This document shows positions 10,011-25,837 of a stretch of 64,000 bases of DNA, one piece after another. The position numbers were made by a program, and so were the translations under genes. This DNA is from the human T2T-CHM13v2.0 reference genome, Homo sapiens. Each line of letters begins with the position of its first letter. Position 1 is the first letter of the stretch. Location: assembly GCF_009914755.1 (NCBI RefSeq), contig NC_060935.1, one strand, 5' to 3'. The notes beneath the pieces were generated by a model. It was given only the letters and a program-made list of their open reading frames with translations, had not been told where the DNA came from and ran no database searches.

Positions 10011-13000
10011 TACCATATCTTTAAAAACATTGCTTAAATCAAAACAATGATAAATAAATACAAAAAGGCATAAGATGAAGTTTTCATATGTATAGATAAG
10101 AACTAAACAATCATAAATGAAAATCAAGTAAATAAAATCAGGAAAAAAAATATTGTAAAGTAATATTAGCAGAACCAGGGCCTTAGAAAATCAAATTGAA
10201 AACAATAAAATGATGGGAAATGAATAACAAGGGTAATTGAATTCAAGATAACAGGAAATAAAAGAAGACAATTATAATTGGACACACAATGACAAGTGCT
10301 TGCTTCAAAAATGATATGACTTGGATTTGAGATGATGAAAATGTAAACCATAATGACCAAAATGAAGTGAAAGATAATATAAAATGATGTTGTAGTATCA
10401 TAAGTGAATGGAAATAATATGCACTAAGATCAAGACACAGAAATGAAATAATTTGGGCAATGGACCAATGCAGGAGGCTGCACAAAAAAGGCTGGAATAG
10501 GTTTGAGCAAAATGAAGAAGGATGAATCCATATTGAAGTAACATAAATGGATCATATATCCTAAGAATTAAATCTATATATGATATGGCATATCTAAATA
10601 ATGAGAAATAAGATGCCAAAACTTTAAGTGCCTGATGCCAATAAAAGCAGAATAAATACTGTTTAAACCATAGTAAACAATTCTCTCAGTTACATTGTTA
10701 AATATAAGATGTGATTAACCAAACAGGAAAACAAAACATTCTAGCTAAAACTATATTTGGTGACGTACTCAAAACTTCAAAGCCTCGTATGACTTAAATA
10801 TAGTAAATTGCATGGGGAAAATATGAGTCATTAAGATATCTACATAAAGCAATTTAGTAAAATAAAGAAAATTATGGTGAATCACAGAAAGTAATGTTTC
10901 AGTAGTATAAAGAAATATGGTGCAGCTATAATGTACATATTCTGTTAATCAAGCAGGTATACATATTTTTGGTTGTTTATCTGGATTAGTTTTGAATTTA
11001 CAATATTTTTAGTTTTTCTTTACAGTGTAAATCAAAATATTAAAAAAGAAATAAAGAGAAAAAGGGAAGGGGTGAAACAGAGAGGAATAAAATAAAAGGA
11101 AGGAAAGAAGAAAGAAAGGAATTAAGATAGTTTATTAAAATAAAATGTGTACATTGAGCTCTGCTGTGTGAATCTTATAGAGCTCTGTTAAATGCAGATC
11201 AACACATTTTCTACACTGTCAAGTCTGTTAGAATATTATATTATACATTTAAATAACCTCCTCCAACAGAGATATCTTTTCTAGGTTTTTCTGACCAATT
11301 TCTAGACCTTTCATTCTGCCACATTGTTGAGACTCTGTTTAGCCTCTATTCTAGAAAATAGTCCTTTACTCTAAGGGATGTCTTGGTTTTGGGCCATGCT
11401 AATTTATATTCCTTAGTGTTTTGTCTTTTTTGGAGGGAGAATATCCTTTAGCACATTCTGAGTACATCTACATGAGAAATAATTTTTGATATTTTTAAGG
11501 CTTACTTTTGAAATATCAAATCCTCTCATAAATTATTTTTGCTTTCATGAACTAATCTCACATTAAGTCTGCATATTGAGTAATAAATTACTGGGCATTT
11601 TAAGAATTCTTTCATTTTGAATACCCTTTTAATCACAGGCTGTCTGGACTGCTAAAGCACTTAGAATTCTCATGGTAATATTCTTAACAGTTAAAAAAAC
11701 AAACATTAGCTTTGAAAATGCTCTAATTATGTCTATAAGCTAATTGCTAAATAAGATGCAAGTACAATATTGATAATAATATGCATTAACTTTTATTGAG
11801 TGATATAATGTGATAGGCATAGACATTTTGTATTCTCTATATGACTTCCTTTGTATCACTCTGCCTCCCTTTAAATAATTGCACCAAGTGATTCTAAGCA
11901 ACTTGTTAAAGTGACTCACTATCACCAAAAGCAACCTTAAATTTGGCTAAACTGGGAGAGGAGTTGTGATCAGGAGTGGAGGGTCCAGTTAACATCAGTG
12001 TAAAGGTAAAGTAAATATTGCTGCAGGGACGCGAGAAATGTTCAATATCAAGCCAATGGTCATCAGAGAAGGTTTAGGATAGCTACAGGAATATGGCTCC
12101 AGCTTTAAAATAAAAAGCAAAATGAGGATCTTACACACAATTTCATTTAAAAACATAGGTAGATAAATTTAGTGTAACATTGGTCTTGAACAAACATGTG
12201 TTTGAATCTTGTGTAACTGAATAAACAACTTAAGTTTTATAAGGTCCAAATCTAGTTTCTCCAACTGAAAAATGAAGGTAACATACATCTGTTCCTAGCA
12301 CCATGGAGATTCCCAGCACATGTTACTCCTTATTTGACTGATCTCTTATTCTTTATACCTTGATTTCTTGCAATTAGATGCTATAATTATGACTTTAATC
12401 TATGATTCAAATTTCATTTAAGTGTTGCCTCTACATTCAGAATACCAAATTTATGCTATCCAAAGTATGAAAAAAGGGTCCTCAGCAATCACAATTTTAA
12501 AGCCATTTAAATCTTACTTAATATTATACAAGTTATTTAGATGGATATTAAGTTTTAATTTTATAATTCACAGTGGTTTTATGAATTATCTATGAAAATG
12601 AAAATGCTTCATTCATTAGTTAATATGTAAAAATTCCTTGTTCTTCCAAGTCATATGGTGAATATATATATTTTTCACACACATACATATATATATCAAT
12701 ATATGTGCATATATTTATAAATAAATGTTTAATCTATAAATGATATCAATAATAAAGAACACAGGCTAGTTTTTACTGGTATATTATTTATGAATAAGTG
12801 ATTCTTAATTAAGTTGTATAACTCCAATAATAAAAAAATCTATTAAGAAAGAAAATATGCTTTCTTAATTATTTGCAAATATTTTAGAGAAAAGAAATTA
12901 TTATAAAAGAAATTACCTATTCAAATAAGTGGTTTGCAAATTTGCTATTAGGCACTTCCTTAACTTGCTTGAAATTACTTTATATCATGAGCAATACAGT

Positions 13001-13904
13001 ATCTTTGCACTATGGGTTCTACACTTCAGCATTTTTGCTAAATGCTCAAGAGCTTTTTATTTTCCTAAAAAATCTAAATGGTGAGTTAATTAATGCTAAA
13101 AATTTAGATATCTAGAAGCTCTTCCAAAGCCCGTAATCCTTAGAAGTACAAAATACAAAATCACGTGTTCTTAGGATATTTGTCTGATGTAGCAGTACTT
13201 GGGCAAAATGCAATAAGACACAACCATCTTCCACCTAGTTGTCACGTGTTTTATACCATTGTGGTATATCGTCATCCTACCCTCCTGCTATCATAATAAC
13301 CCATGGTTATCAGGCAAGGGTCAGCCTATGAAAGGCCCTCGTCTTCCAAATCAGAGGTGTGTACCGGGGAAGATTATTGCTATTTTTTTCACTTTGAGCT
13401 TTTGCCATCTAGCAACATTCTGTGTGAGAGTTTTCTATTTTAGTATTCTTTAATGACCATTATCAAAATATCAGACAAATGTTTATAAGTTGTACACATC
13501 TAAAAATGCAATTAGGATAATAGAAATATATGTGAAGACAATGAAATATATGCATGTTACCTTTGTGACGCTTTTTATGGTGGTTTTAAAATATATTTTC
13601 AAATCCTTTAGCATTCTTCTCTTTGAATGTTGGTCTAATTCCTTTCCTCTTGCATATGGGAGTCTAATTCCTCTCCTCTTACAATTTTCAATGCCTAGCA
13701 TCTAATGAATAGAATGATTCAAAAATGACACTTCATTATTTTCAGGGTTAAATAATAATAACAAGCCACTGTTGTTGTATGCCACTAAGTTCAGGGTGGT
13801 TTTTATTTGTTTGTTTAATTCATTAGTAGATAATTCAATCACTGTTCAAAAGATATAAAATGTAGGCAATGTAGTACATCTGCACTATGGGATCTAATAT
13901 CCTG

Positions 13905-15150
13905 TATCAAATGTTAAGTGAGATAGACCAGTCATAAAATAGAAATCTTGTGTAATTTCACTTATATGAGGTTACTAAAGTAGTCAAATTCATTGAAACA
14001 AACAGTAGAATGGGAGTTTCAAGCGATGAGAGTGGGTGCAGGAAATGGAGAGTTGTTGCTTACCGGATGTAGAATTTCAGTTTTGTTAAATAAAACATTA
14101 TGGAGATTGGTTGCATGACATGTAAATACATTAACACTGATGATGCAGGATTTTTTCTTGACCCCTTCATGGGACTCGTAACAGAGGTGCAGGGGTGCCT
14201 TGTTTACTCAGCCCACCCCTGTCTATTTCTCGCAGGAGGGAGCATGCGAGCAAACAAGTACAGGAACCGGAGAAAGCTCTTTGGGCATTGGCAGGAACAA
14301 ACTCCATTTACTCTGCTCACCACTCTCAACCCCTTGTAGCAGGGAGCGCATAGGCAAGTGAGTATGAGATCCAGCCAGTCTCTTTTGGGCACTGGCAGGA
14401 GCGAACTCCATAGGGGCCCTGCAGCGTCCAGGTAGGACTGCCTGTGATCCCCGAAGCCCCAGAGAGCATGCTACAATGCTCTTTCAGCTCTGCTGTCCAC
14501 GGATGACTTAAGTGTTAATAGCTCAGTAAGCCCTTTGCCTCGTCATGTAGGGCGGCTGTCTTCTTCCAGTGAGGGCAAAGAGCCAGTGTGACAGCCTTTT
14601 AGGGTACCTGAAACCGGTGCATTTCAAACTCCTGTCCAGTGCCCAAGAGGAATGAGATCACACAGATGAATTGAAGGATGGTGAATACTGAGAAATTTAT
14701 TGAATAAGGAAAGCAGCTCTTAGCAGAGAGGAGAGTTAGAAAGGGGATGGGAAGGGCAGTTCGCTCTCTCCTGAAGTCAAACTCCCTCTCTGCCTCTCTC
14801 TTCCAAAGTCAAGTTGCCTCTCCCTGACATCCAGCCACGTCTTCCTGACATCCAACTGCTTTTTCTCTCTGCTGCGGTCTTTATAGGCACAAGATGGGGG
14901 ACAAGGTGGGCCATGGGTAGTTTAGGAAAAGGCAACATTCAAGCAGAAAAAGGACAGAAGTTCTCACTTTGGGCCGTGGGTTTCAGGCTTTTGGCTGGAA
15001 GGTGGGGTTTTGCCAGGGACCCACCCCTGTCTGCATAGAATATCTTTGCCTCCTCCCTCTATCATTGTATCACTACTAAACTGTATACTTAATCATGGTT
15101 AAGAGGGTAAGTTTTATGATATGTGTATATTACCACAATTAAGAATAATA
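13905..15150 (+). mobile_element. L1MB-like 3' end, interrupted by an LTR at 14141-15064
   Basis: CACTTATATGAGG..AAAGTAGTCAAATTCATTGAAAC..GTAGAATG, resuming ACTAAACTGTATACTT..ATGGTTAAGA. Confidence 0.7.
14141..15064 (-). mobile_element. MER50/MER52-family ERV1 solo LTR
   Basis: Minus strand starts TGATAGAGGGAGGAGGCA..AAAACCCCACC..GCCCAAAGTGAGAAC and ends AAAATCCTGCATCA. Confidence 0.7.
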
Positions 15151-18100
15151 ATACTTTTTAAAGAGGTTTTTGATATTACTTAATCCAAAAGTATAATGGT
15201 ATAGAATTAACAATAACCTGCCAGATTCTGATGGATTCATCTATTAGAATTTGGTATTTAAGTAAAATTAAAGAAAAATCTATATAGAGTCTTAGCATGT
15301 TAGAACTGGAAGGGACTCTAGAGACTGAACTCCCATTTTCTGTATTTAAGAAAAATAAAATACAGATTAAGTTACAAAAACTTAATAGAGATGAAGACCA
15401 ACCCCAAGGTTGATTATGGTTTTCAGTAAATATTAACAGGGAACAACACATCGATTGATATACCTAATAGGCAGCTTTTATCAATAAATGCAAACTAATG
15501 AATGTTATTTAGAAGAGCAAACAACCCCAACGATATATTTTTCTGTCCTTTATGTATGTGAGATTGTGAAACTGTTTATTTTGAATTATGTTGTGCTGTT
15601 GCTTTCCCCCATGATACAGCAAAGCAGCCAGACCATATTTCAGCAGAAAGACTATGGAAGAAATGAAAAATAAACCTTGATGAATTTGTTGACATGGATG
15701 TCTTCTTTCCCACTCTATTGGAATAATTCCACCTGCTTCTAACTCTAGTGAAATGAAACCTTCAATCCTAGGCTTTACTGAGACTCTTAACAAAATATTG
15801 CTACAAGATAAAAAAGAATGAAAATGACTGTAAGAGTCTCAGACCATGTGGTTACAACCTGGATTTATCATTGTGGAAAACTCACACAGTTATTCCTTCC
15901 TGCACTTATTAGCAGATGTTTAAATATGTGGATATACTATAGAAAACAATGAACAAAATTAATCACTTTAGTAACTCTTGGCACGTCAATTATCTCAGAG
16001 TTCCCTGACTCTGATAAGATGCTACCTTTCTTAATTAGATAAACAAGTTTCTCTTTTCCTTTTGCAAAATATTAAATGAACTCTCTAAAAGGACTTGGGG
16101 AGTTACATTTCAATGTGTCATTAACTTTGCTGCTTTGCCTAATTTCTAATAAAATATGTCCAATTAAGAAGTAATTTACTTTCAAATATGTTTCCAAATG
16201 CATAGAGATTGTTTGCCAAAATATTATTGGAAGTCCTCTTTGGATTAACAACTGTTTAATTTAGAATGCTCTTTTACCTGCATGTGCCTGCAATTAGGGA
16301 ATCTTCCAGCAGATAGATTTCCAAGTTCTATAGATGGGTAAGTCTCTTGGTGTAGATATTGATACGTGAGGAGATAAGATTAACATTTAAAAATGCCTGT
16401 CTACTAGTTGTTTCAAAATATGTATATAATACAATATATATTCAAATAAATGCTCATCTTAATATGTTGTGTAGAAAATCACAATTATATCAATTCAAAG
16501 CATGTATTTATAATGGAATATTTCCCCATTATTTTGAAATGACTATGACTAAATGCTATAATACTATTTGCCTAATATCAACTAGTATCTCTCTTTCTTT
16601 AGGGCACTTTGCTGTCTTTAATGTTTATCAAGAGCATCTGGAATATGCATTAAAGAATGAGCTTCCCTAGTTTAAAGTGTTGTGATTATAAATACACGAT
16701 ATTCGCAAGAATTACTTGTAAATCAGAAGAAAAAGTTCAGAGAAATATAACATCTGACTTGTAATCAGAAAACTTGAATATAAACTCACCTCTGATGTTT
16801 ATTTGTTACCTTTTGTTCATTAAGGATACAAACTTCTTTTAGCCTCAATAACTTTGCTTATAAAATATGGGTAACCATTCTACCTTGAATGCTTGTAATA
16901 AAGACGGTGTCTGTAAATATCCACTTAACTCATAAAAACATGCCACAAAAATGTAAGTATCATTAATATAGAGCAAGTGCCAAGGATTTCCTTTCTTATT
17001 ACATGGCTTTATTGAGAGCATAGTAGACCTATCTCTAAGAGTTTTTCTTTTTAGAAGTGACCACTACTTCTGCAAGCTATTATTATAGTTTATCTTAACT
17101 GCACAGGAAAATACTATCTGTGATATGTCTGAAGTTACCTCTATTAGCTGCTGTAAAATCATAGAAAATCTAAAATGTTGTTAGGTATGTGACTGCTTCA
17201 GTCACCTTGTGTGTCTACTATCGCCTCATATGACTGTTTTCACTTTCTTACACTTTTGATATTTTTACACATTTGGTAGTAACTTTGCTGTCAGTAGTGG
17301 TCTCTAAACAGCAGCCTTTTCTAATGCAACAGTTGTTCAAACTGTCATCTTTTTATTAACCATTAAATATTCAAACTTTAAAGAAAAACTATGAAGATTT
17401 TTGTTATTTAGTATTTTAACAAAATAACTAATTATTTTTCCTATGCAACTTTAGTAATTATGAACATTTTGGGAAACACCTCTGATACAGTTTCAAGCCC
17501 TGACTTTGGTTTTGTTATATTAATTTATTCATTCAATACATATTTATGGGGCTCCTAATATGCACCGGTGTTGTTATGGGCTCTCGAAACTGAGCAGTGA
17601 ATTGAGCAATTCCATACAGTTTGGAATATTTGTTCTAAGCTCCAAGGTATGAATATGAATAATGTATAAATATTACTAAAAATTTTTGAAAAATGTAAGA
17701 ATGTAGACAATATAGCACTCCTATATACCTTTTTAAAATTAGAAAAAAACAAAAGAGTTCTGGACAAAATCCAGACAAAAGTATATGGACAACAAAGATA
17801 CCAGAGATAAAGCCATTAAGGTAAAAGAACAGCTATTGAGCATTTTATCCATATAAATGTAGAATTGAAACAACTGGGAAATTATTGTTACAAGAGCCCC
17901 CACAAATAAAACCTACTAACGTTATGGAAATGGATGGTTTGGGAAAATGGAGTATGAGGAATATGTGTTAATTTCTTAAATACTGGTGGTATCTAAATTC
18001 TAAGTGTATAGTTTAAAATCCATGATGACAACTGCATATTTCAGAAAATTTCCAAGAATCTCAGATTTCATTCAAATTCATAAGATTGTCTTTATCTTTG

Positions 18101-18409
18101 GTTAAATTCACATCTATTCAAATTTAATATTTTATAAAATGTATTATGTAGTAGGATTCAAATTCTCTAAAATTATTTCAGTGGTATTTATATACATATA
18201 TATACAAGCACATATATGTTTTCCTATATGTATGTTTGTATGTATGCATGTATCTAACTATCTAACTCTTATGCCCATAGGTAGGTGACTCAGAGAATAT
18301 TAGTTATTTTCATTTTCATGATTAGACTTTCTCTAGAATAAATTAGTGGTTGTAGGTAATCTGAGAGCATATGTGAGGTTGATAATTATGAATTTATAGT
18401 AACACCAGT

Positions 18410-19375
18410 TTTACTAGGCTATTCTTGCGTTGATATAAAGAAATACCTGACACTGGGTAATTTACGAAGAAAGGAGGTTCAATTGGCTCAGAGTTCTGCA
18501 GGCTGTACAAGAAACATAGCATCGACATCTGTTTCTTCAATGGCCTCAGGAAGCTTTCAATCATGGTAGAGGGTAAAGGGAGTGCAGGCGCCTCACATGA
18601 CGGGAGTGAGAGAAAGATAGAGAGTGGGAGGAGGATAGAGGTGCCACACTTTCTTTTTTTTTTTTTTTTTATTATACTTTAAGTTTTAGGGTACATGTGC
18701 ACATTGTGCAGGTTACATACATATGTATACATGTGCCATGCTGGTGCGCTGCACCCACTAACTCGTCATCTAGCATTAGGTATATCTCCCAATGCTATCC
18801 CTCCCCCCTCCCCCCACCCCACAACAGTCCCCAGAGTGTGATATTCCCCTTCCTGTGTCCATGTGATCTCATTGTTCAATTCCCACCTATGAGTGAGAAT
18901 ATGCGGTGTTTGGTTTTTTGTTCTTGCGATAGTTTACTGAGAATGATGATTTCCAATTTCATCCATGTCCCTACAAAGGACATGAACTCATCATTTTTTA
19001 TGGCTGCATAGTATTCCATGGTGTATGTGTGCCACATTTTCTTAATCCAGTCTATCATTGTTGGACATCTGGGTTGGTTCCAAGTCTTTGCTATTGTGAA
19101 TAATGCCGCAATAAACATACGTGTGCATGTGTCTTTATAGCAGCATGATTTATAGTCATTTGGGTATATACCCAGTAATGGGATGGCTGGGTCAAATGGA
19201 GGTGCCACACTTTCTAACAACCAGATCTTACAAGCATTCACTCACTAACGTGAGGACAGGACCAAGCCATGAGTGATCTGCCCCCATGATCCAAACACCT
19301 CCCACCATGACCCACCTCTCACACTGGGGAATACATATCAACACAAAATTTGGAGGGGACATCAACACTATATCG
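18410..19375 (-). mobile_element. MST-type MaLR solo LTR interrupted by a young L1
   Basis: ATAAAGAAATACCTGACACTGGGTAATTTA...CCAGATCTT...TGGAGGGGAC; TSD CCAGT / CTAGT. Confidence 0.8.
18655..19198 (-). mobile_element. 5'-truncated L1PA2-like insertion (~0.55 kb)
   Basis: Poly-T, L1 3' UTR with the GAG (non-Ta) diagnostic CTAACTCGTCATCTAG; perfect 17-bp TSD GAGGTGCCACACTTTCT at 18638-18654 and 19199-19215. Confidence 0.92.
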
Positions 19376-20701
19376 CTAGTGTACTCTACTCTGTAATTTT
19401 GTTTCAGTAGACCCTGCTATCATAATATATACACAAAGCAAGAATATAGAATACTTGAATCTTGGTTTGGAACTTCACTAGATGAACACAATAAGAAAAA
19501 TAACATGATTTACAGAACTGGAAAAATGTCAAAATAATAAGCTAGAAGATCTTAGCTGAAAAATATGAAAGTAAAGAAAGACGAAAGATCTTGGAATATA
19601 AGAAAGTAGAAATTTCAAGAGACTGAATTATGTAGATATAAATAAACAGTCAAATTAAGGTGGAAGAAATACAGTTTCTGGTAAAAAAGTTAGGTTACTT
19701 ACCACTGATTATAGAAGTTTTTTTTTTTTTTTTTACAAAAGGATAAACACAAGAATCAGGACAAATGAAAGCTATCTAATCTGTAGTGACAAGGAAATCA
19801 ATTGCTTGTGATGAGGGAGTGAAGAAGTAGAATACTGTTTGAGATATCTGTATCAGATGATGGAGTCATTGAGGATGATAAGACGACTTGAAGTGGAAAG
19901 AGAATTAAAGTGGTAGAGTGGTAAATAAAATATCACTGTGAAGAAGTTAGAGAAGGTATTATTTTCATCTCTAATTTGCAGAAATGCAACCTGAGATTCA
20001 AAGGAGTTATGTAACTTATACTTGATGACTTAATCTAGCTTCTACTTCCTCATTTTCTTTTATGATCTTATATATCATAAAGCTCTCTGAACTTGGAATT
20101 TTAGTATTTTCTTATACTTGAATTGGTTATCTTGGAAAAAGTTTGTTACATAGTTAAAAAATTAATTATACATGTGAACTATAAGGGGCTGTCACTCAGA
20201 CAGTGATTCATGGGACTGAATGAACTCCATGAATAAATATAGTGTATTGCCCTAACTTTGGCTCTTCATATCTCACCAGCATACAATATAAGAATGAATT
20301 TAAAGTGAACTTCATAAAACAATGCATTTTCAATGTACTGACTAATGAATGAGGGCTACTTAATATTACAATATAATCTCATGCATAACAACAGAAGTCT
20401 GAAGGATGAGCCCACAGAACAAGAACACTGAATGCATGTGTCTCCCTTATAGTTGAAGTTGAGCATTGAAAGTGTTTATGAATTGTAGTACCAATGCATT
20501 ATTGTAACTTTTGCAGATGCAGATGCCCAAAGACAACCTTCAGGCTTTGAAGAGCTATGCACAGATGTCAAAATGATCTCAGACTATAGTGGGCCAATTG
20601 TATATTCCTTGATCACTATAAATTCTGTAAGCAACTAACAGACAAAAAGATAACGAGTTAAAGAAACAAAGAATTAAGGTTTATCAAAAAAAAACCATAA
20701 A

Positions 20702-21060
20702 AGCTAACATTTATTGAGCCTTTACAATGTGTAGGAAACAATTCTAACTACTTCATCAGTTATTATCTTGCTTAATCTTCAGTCATTATAAAATGTAGTT
20801 ATTATCCCACAGATAAGAAAACTGAAGCTTACAAAGTTAAAGAGCTTGCCCCAAACACATAGTAAGAGTCAGAATTAGACCATCAGACTCCATGTGTGCA
20901 CTACTGTATACTGAGTTCTCCTATGTACTAAATACTTTATACCATATATAATATGACTCATCTTCTTCAACTCCCTACAAGCTAAATATTATGATCTTCA
21001 TTTTACATATGAATAAATGGAGACTCACAAAACTAATAACAGCTTGAATCAGAATTCAAC
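20702..21060 (-). mobile_element. Two adjacent MIR fragments
   Basis: GCTAACATTTATTGAGC...CAGATAAGAAAACTGAAGCTT; a second core CATTTTACATATGAATAAATGGAGACTCA. Confidence 0.6.
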
Positions 21061-23018
21061 ACTGACAGCAGGTGGCATTTTTGACCCCATTTTTGATTCA
21101 TAAAATTTTGTCTTCATTCACAGAAATTAAGCATAGTGATAAATCAGAAAATTATTTTATCACATTCTTCTGGATTGCAATGTAATTTGCATTATAAAAA
21201 TACTATTGTCAGTTCTAATAGAATCTCCAACAGTGTTCTGAATGCTGTATGCTTACACTTAGCTTGACAGTATACATTGAAGGTATTGTTAGGTAAATGG
21301 TCTGAAGGGATTACTTTATTATGTGACATATAAAAGCCCAGAGTAATGACAGGATGATGTAGACTATCACAGGAAGAATCTCACTCATCACTTCCAGAAT
21401 TATAAAAATACATCTGCTGAGTCAAGAAAAAAAACACCCTCAGTGTTTTAATTATGTCTAGGTTTATACAGTGTATGCTTTTAAAACAAGGAAAAGGTGA
21501 GCATAATTCAGTGCTATGTAATTAACTGAATAACTGGCCTAGTACATTGCTCAGATTAACTAAAGGATTGGAGCAAACGTTAATAACAGACTTGGCTTTT
21601 AGAATTGATAAAATTTTTTTCCTTTGATTTTGGAATTTCAGCTGAGAGATTTCACCAAAGTAAAGGGGGATATATTTTCCCTTTTCTTCTCCTTAAAAGG
21701 ATTCAACTAGGCTTCCAAAACAGCAGAGGGTCGGGTTAATCTGCAGCTTCCTGGAGTGTTTAGAATGAAAGGTCAGAAGTACAATGTCTGAGCATATTAG
21801 ACTTTCCAAGGAAATAAATATCACTTTCAGAAATAGCCCCACAACTCTAAGGACAGTTGTTTATTTTTTAACATATGTTATCATCGCTCAGCTCCATCAA
21901 CACAACTGTTACATCCCTAATTTATTTCCATGCCACTTCTGCCAAACATATTTGTTCTTTATTTTCCTTATTTTTTTACTTTATTTTCTTTATTTTTAAC
22001 AACAGAAACTCAAAAAACAATGCCCTTCATTGTAATCTGTGTAAAAAGAAACACCTACCTTTTAAATCATTTTTTATTGATTTTATTTAAATTAACACTC
22101 CACAGTCTCAGATGATAGTTTATAGAGGGTTTGGGGGCACGGTCTGTACTTCTTTTAGAACTTCCAAGAGAGTAAGAAACATAAAATTGGCACTTACAAG
22201 AGAGAGTAGATTCTGCAGCTAAAGCATTTCCCAATTATGATGGCTATAGCCACATTTGTCTATGTAAAAGCAAACTATCTAATTCATCACATCTGGTCCC
22301 TATTTATCTTTAAGTCACATCTGCTGACTTTACCAGCAAAAACATACTGTTGTGCTATATTTTGTTCCTTGCAGTTGGCATAGCAGAGCTGATACAGATG
22401 AGGCAGACTCTGAAGCCATTGCTGTTTCTCTTCCCTCCCTCATTCTCAGCAACATCCTCACATAAAGCCAAATACAATTCTTTATCATGAGGGGCCAGGA
22501 AGGCAGAAGAAGAAACTACATTTAAATTGTATTCCATGTGGAAGAATGATTTTTATAAAGAAATCCCAATCAATTAATGGATATGTCCAATCTCATGTAG
22601 GTGCATCAATTAATGTGTGCATTTTTGGCATATGAAATATACCTTAATAAAGCTAATTTTAAAGAAGAAATTACCATTATCTTTGAAATTTCTGAGAAAG
22701 TCACAATTACATATGTAGTATCATAACTAAGGGCACAACTTGCCTTTCAGCTTGTCGAACATGTAAAATAAATGTCAAATTAAAGAGAACATTATTCTGC
22801 AGGCTCTTCTTAGATGGTTCCTCTGAGATTAAAAAACAACGACAACAACATAAATACATATATGAGTTTTTTTGTATACACTTCCTCCAAACAGTTGCTA
22901 AAATACTTCTCAAGCAAAACTGGAGAAAATGGTGTATTTATGAAAATTCCTGTTTTAAAAATATTTTTATTTCTACCATTATTCATTCAATTATTGGAAA
23001 ATTAATATTTCATTTTTA

Positions 23019-23344
<326 letters not shown>

Positions 23345-23501
23345 TTATACAGGCACATATAAATAGTTTTAATTAAATTGTCAAAACAATATTGAAAGGT
23401 GACTATTATCTACCTGGTTCATTGTGGAAAAATATCAAACTTAGAAAGGTAAGGTATATAGGCCAAGATTACATAGTTAGTGTCAGAGCTGGCTTTTTCC
23501 C

Positions 23502-25358
23502 ATCAATGTGCAAAAGTCACAAGCATGTCTATACACCAATAACAGACAAGCAGAGAGCCAAATCATGAGTGAAGTACCATTCACATTTGCTACAAAGAAA
23601 ATAAAATACCTAGGAATAAACTTACAAGGGAGGTGAAGGACCTTGTCAAGGAGAATTACAAACCACTGCTAAAGGAAATAAGAGAGGACACAAACAAATG
23701 GAAAAAAATTCCATGCTCATGGATAGGAAGAATCAATATTGTGAAAATGGCCATATTGCCCAAAATAATTTATAGATTCAATGCTATTCCCATCAAACTA
23801 CCATTGACTTTCTTCACAGAACTAGAAAAAACTATGTTAAATTTCATATGGAACCAAAAAAGAGCCTGTATAGCAAAGACAATCCTAAGCAACAAGAGCA
23901 AAGCTGGAGGCATCACGCCACCTGACTTCAAACTTACACTACAATGCTACATTAACCAAAACAGCAAGGTAATGGTACCAAAACAGATATATAGATCAAT
24001 GGAACAGAACAGAGGCCTCAGAAATAACACCACACATCTACAACCATCTGATCTTCAACAAACCTGACAAAATAAGGAATGGGGAAATTATTCCCTATTT
24101 AATAAATGCTGCTGGGACCTGGTAGCCATATGCACAAAACAAAAACTAAACCCCTTCCTTACACCTTATACAAAAATTAACTCAAGATGGATTAAAGACT
24201 TAAATATAAACCTGAAACAATACAAATCCTAGAAGAAAACCTAGGCAATACCATTCAGGACACAGGCATGGGCAAAGACTTCATGACTAAAACAGCAAAA
24301 GCAACTTCAACAAAAGCCAAAATTGACAAAGCGTATCTAACTAAACTAAGGAGATTCTTCTCAACAAAAGAAACTATCATCAGAGTGAACAGGCAACCTA
24401 CAGAATGGGAGAAAAATTTTGCAATGGATCCATCTGACAAAGGTCTAATATTCAGAATCTATAAGGAATTTAAACAGATTTACAAGAAAAAAAACAACTC
24501 ATCAAAAAGTGGGCAAAGGATATGAACAAACACTTCTCAAAAGAGGACATTTATGTGGCCAATAAACACATGAAAAAAAGCTCATCATCACTGGTCATTA
24601 GAGAAATGCAAATCAAAAACCACAATGAGATACCATCTCACACCAGTTAGAATGGCAATCACTAAAAATTCTGGAAACAACAGATGCTGGTGAGGATGCG
24701 GAAAATAGGAATGCTTTTACACTGTTGATAGGAGTGTAAATTAGTGCAACCATTGTGGAAGACAGTGTGGCAATTCCTCAAGGACCCAGAACCAAAAATA
24801 CCATTTGACCCAGCAATCCTACTACTGGGTATATACCCAAAGGATTGTAAATTATTCTACTATAAAGACACATGCATGTGTATGTTTACTGCGGCACTAT
24901 TTACAATAGCAAAGATTTGGAACCAACCCGAATGCCCGTCAATGATAGACTGGATAAAGAAAATGTGACACATAAACACAATGGAATACTATGCAGTGAT
25001 AAAAAAGAATGAGTTCATGTCCTTTTCAGGGACATGGATGAAGCTGGAAACCATCATCCTCAGCAAAGTAACACAGAAAGACAAAACCAAACCCGCATGT
25101 TCTCACTCATAAGTGGGAGTTGAACAATGAAAACACATGGACACAGGGAGGGGAACATGACACACCGGGGCCTGTCGGGGGATTGTGGGGAAAGGGGAGG
25201 GAGAGCATTAGGACAAATACCTAATCCACATGGGGCTTTAAAACCTAGATGATGGGTTGATAGGTTCAGCAAACCACCATGACAAATGTGTACCTATGTA
25301 ACAAATCCACATGTTCAGCACATGTATACCAGAACTCAAATAAAACAAACAAACAAAA
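23502..25358 (+). mobile_element. 5'-truncated L1PA7/8-like element inserted in a MIR
   Basis: ORF2 C-terminal peptides ([22 protein letters not shown]), 3' UTR and A-rich tail; TSD core CTGGCTTTTT at 23489-23498 and 25360-25369. Confidence 0.9.
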
Positions 25359-25837
25359 ACTGGCTTTTTATCTCAGAATCTAAGTCAGTGTTCTTTGTCT
25401 TACTTTGTCTTTGCCATAGTTTCTCAGCTTTAATTTTTATTGTTACTTTGTTTGCCCAATATTTTAAAATAGTGGCCCAAAGTGAAAATACAATGGCACT
25501 TTCTTCCTTCTGTTACAAAAGAATATTTCAAGTTGAAAATTTAATTTAGGAAAATAAAATTTAAAGTATCTTTAAATAATGATATAAACCTAACATATTT
25601 TTACTTTGGGAATTTGGTGATTATGGCACAACTGTAGATGAAATAAAAATTATATCAAACAGAATGTGATGCAGCAATAACTGTGGGTAAAGTCCACAGC
25701 TACTTTCACAAGAAATGGGAAACCTTTACATTACAGGCTTTCTTATTACCTCCTGGTTTTTATTTCATCAACGAATATTTTTAATATATCTGTAGAGCCT
25801 AAATGGGCAACATTATAGACTAAAGAACTGATAATAC

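Noticed and set aside
10010-13900. Possible host exons in unique-looking AT-rich DNA (also 15150-18400, 21100-23000, 44100-47100)
   Set aside because: Only short ORFs with no recognisable protein similarity, no CpG island and no convincing splice pattern; small exons or enhancers cannot be excluded without alignment.
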